From: Octopus bimaculoides
Taxonomy: Eukaryota
DNA length: 64,000 nt
Direction: 5' to 3'
Assembly: GCF_001194135.2 (NCBI RefSeq)
Contig: NC_068981.1
Location: forward strand, 62,808,193 to 62,872,192
Position numbers and translations under genes: made by a program. This document shows, in pieces, positions 61,340 to 64,000 of the stretch. The notes beneath the pieces were generated by a model. It saw only the letters and a list, made by a program, of their open reading frames with translations. It ran no database searches and was not told the origin of the DNA. Numbering within the stretch: the first letter of the stretch is position 1; each line of letters begins with the position of its first letter.

Positions 61340-63560
61340 ACTAACCTGAATTCCTGTTCAATCTCTCATTAACTAGACTAATAATAGTGGTGATTGAGAA
61401 GTGCTGGTAGTGGTGGCGGCAGTAGTAGTGGTGGGGGGAGGGAGGTTGGCTGAGGGTTGATATGCGGTGGTGGTAGTGGTTGATATGGGACGAGCTGAGG
61501 AAGAGGTAGACGGATACGTAATAATGGTTGTGGTAGGCGGCGGCGGCTGCGGCGGTTAATATGGGGCAAGTGAAACGGAGGTGGGGGAGAGGTAGTGGTG
61601 GTTGTCGAAGAGAAGTGGTGATTTGCTCGGGTGGAGGATATGTACTAGGGGTGGTTAATATGAGAAGATGACGGTGGTGATGGCGCATTACGGTACTGCG
61701 ATTACAGAGGTCATTGTAGTAGTTGTATTAATTGTAGTAAATGCGGTGGTGGGTGTATGTTGTTCTGTAGTCCGAGGTCGCCAGTGATCGAGGAGCCCTA
61801 TGGCGCGCTGTGAGTTGGCCAAACGACGAGATGCGATCCACAGATCCATCTTTTCCGTTGCAATATGTCTCCTCCTTGTCGAGGACCATACTGCACAATC
61901 CGACATGCACATGTTGTATTCTCTCCGTTACCCAAATTGTTTCTGTAAATTCCGGTCAGAGCGTCACAATGGTTATTATTCTGCACTTTTTGTTGACAGT
62001 ATGTATCCAGTACAATGTTTGGAGTCAGCGATGTTCTTGATGTCAAAGCTATTTCTGTGTATGTCCTCTTTATGCTTGTCAAAATCAAGTGAGATAGTGT
62101 TGATAAGATTTTACTGGAGAGTTCTTGCATATTTGTTGTATATAAAAGATTTTCGATGTAGATGAGTTTTCGTATAGTAACAACGGCTGTTAAGGTTGGT
62201 TGAAGCTTGCCGCGATAGCAGACTGTACCCCACCCATGTCCTACTGGTTTCGGTTTTGGTTTGTTTGAGAGGAGGGGCATTGCATTGTTTTAGTTTGCCT
62301 GTGAATGTGCACTGTACAACTAATGACGTGTAGTGTAGTTTTACGTTCTTTTTTGTCTATTTGTTGTTTTTGTTTTGTTTTCGCTGATATTTTTTGACAA
62401 TTGCTTGGTCAGCCCTCATCTAACAGACCTATAATGAAAGACATTCCAACCGTGACCATATACCGTTTCTGGGATACCGATGACTATATTACTTGATATA
62501 ATACGTTCTTTATTTCAAATTATGGGATATGATTAGAGAGAAATTTGATTGCTAGTTCTTACAAGCCGAGCGTTCTTTAGAGATTATTGTGTTGTGGGAA
62601 GACTGAGCTCTGGGTAGGACTGACGTAGTCCTACCATACTGTTTCTTCCAGTTGATTAAATGTTGCACATGTATTTGCTCTCAGTATGATTATGCGTCGT
62701 TTTGCTTTCTTTGTTGTCCTCCGTGTAAATGTTATAAGTAACTCTTAAGTATTTTTGTCTTTTCTGAGTATGGTTTGTCTATATTGTCGAGTATGATGAT
62801 TAGTTACGTTTGACATTGTCTGGCGTTCTGGTTGAGAAAGAAGACTAGTAATTTTGCTAAGTGCACTTTAAGTCTATTGTTGCATTTGATGTTGTCTGGG
62901 GACTCTGGTAAGAAGGAAGGCACAGTAAATTTGGTAAGTGCTACTTACCAAAGTCATTGTTGCGGAGACAGGTTTCTTGGTGATTTCTTATAGTGTAAGG
63001 GTAATTGTGCAATAGCGACTGGACAATGGTAGGAGGATGTAAATATGATCTAATCTGCATATCATGAGTGCATGTTTTATGGTGGTGAAGCATATGGTGT
63101 CGGTAAAGTTTAAATAATGTAAGCGAGACACTGTTCGGGAAATTTCAAGTTTAGGAAGAGTTGTTCTTATATACTCTACAGGCTTGGTAACCTGACAATA
63201 GTTTCTTGACCCACCTTTCATGTCACGTATCTTTTGTATGAATAGACGGGAAATGGAACTGAAAGGTTTTACAGATGACGATGTCTAGTTTTTTTTTTTT
63301 TCCTTTTTTATTGTTGAAGCCCTCATGTATTTCCTGAGTTGGAGTTGTGTGTGGTGTACAAGTTGAGTACAGTGATCTGAATTCATGTTGTTATTTAAAG
63401 AAAAATGTGTAGGTTGATGTTAAGGATAAACCTTTATGAAATTTTCGAGGGTATGCATAATAGAGTGATGGATTGGTTGAATGTTACTTGCCTAAGGTTT
63501 TATAATATTACTGACTCCTCACTGTCTGATGACGCCTGGTGACCCGAAACTTTGAAGCCA
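61340..63560 (-). mobile_element. Probable Penelope-like element relic (N-terminal ORF region + Pro/Thr/His linker), interrupted by family C at 62400-62585
   Basis: Strong C/A skew on the minus strand. GQETIVRL..LKFPEQCL resembles PLE N-termini. The linker ends IISLVNERL (cf. VINLSxxxL before the PLE RT). A hammerhead-like core lies at 63526-63550 on the opposite strand. No RT or GIY-YIG motif seen. Confidence 0.4.
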
Positions 63561-63699
63561 TTGTCAACCATTACCTAATAAAAATTAATATGTACCCTTC
63601 TAAAAAGTATAGAATGATGTTTCAGATTAATGCTAAATTGTTTTTTAAATATAACTTCGAATAAAAGAAAGAATTGTCTCTAAGCATCGAAATTCCATT

Positions 63700-63830
63700 T
63701 TATTTATCAACCCAAAAGAATGAAAGACAAATTCGATCTCGGTGGTATTTGAATTCAAAGTGCAGCTCACTAGAAATAAGAGCTTAAAGCGATCTACCCT
63801 ACGCTGTTATGGTCTTACCAATTCGCTGTA
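63700..63830 (-). mobile_element. SINE family A, old partial copy
   Basis: TTTATCAACCCAAAAGAATGAAAGACAAATTCGATCTCGGTGG. Confidence 0.6.
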
Positions 63831-64000
63831 TTATCGGTCCAGTATTCAATGTAACTTTTTCTTTTACTTGAGCTGAGATTAAAGGAGATTTAACTGCTAA
63901 TTCTCAGAGGTCAACTTATAATATAGAACTGCACTTCTTTCACTGGTTCGTTATACTATCTATAGTGCTTATATTTGAATATAAGACCTACGACAGTAGC

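Overview
AT-rich, intron-like or intergenic animal DNA, most likely from an octopus or other coleoid cephalopod. That assignment is inferred from the tRNA-headed SINE families and the extreme (CA)n/(TA)n/(GA)n/(TATG)n/(ATT)n density. The window has 7 assembly gaps. No intact protein-coding gene is visible, and most ORFs in the supplied track are microsatellite, low-complexity or N-gap artefacts. The window is mainly a graveyard of mobile elements: at least four SINE families plus one unclassified ~200-bp repeat, CR1/L2-group, RTE and Tx1/L1 LINE relics, a full-length defective mariner, other Tc1/mariner/pogo relics, MITEs, a Helitron RepHel fragment, a probable Mutator (MULE) transposase relic and a probable Penelope-like relic. 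A few isolated splice-site-bounded segments could be exons of a long-intron host gene (best: 46055-46106, + strand). Two observations stand out. (1) A 240-bp insertion with a 12-bp target-site duplication (4352-4591) consists of two inverted copies of a minimal hammerhead-ribozyme module. (2) Three related Tx1-type LINE 3' ends sit in different repetitive targets: inside a tRNA-derived SINE with a 31-bp duplication, inside (AGAT)n, and against (ATT)n. This suggests target-specific LINE lineages, one possibly parasitising a SINE. All family assignments come from manual translation and motif recognition, not database searches, and boundaries of decayed elements are approximate.
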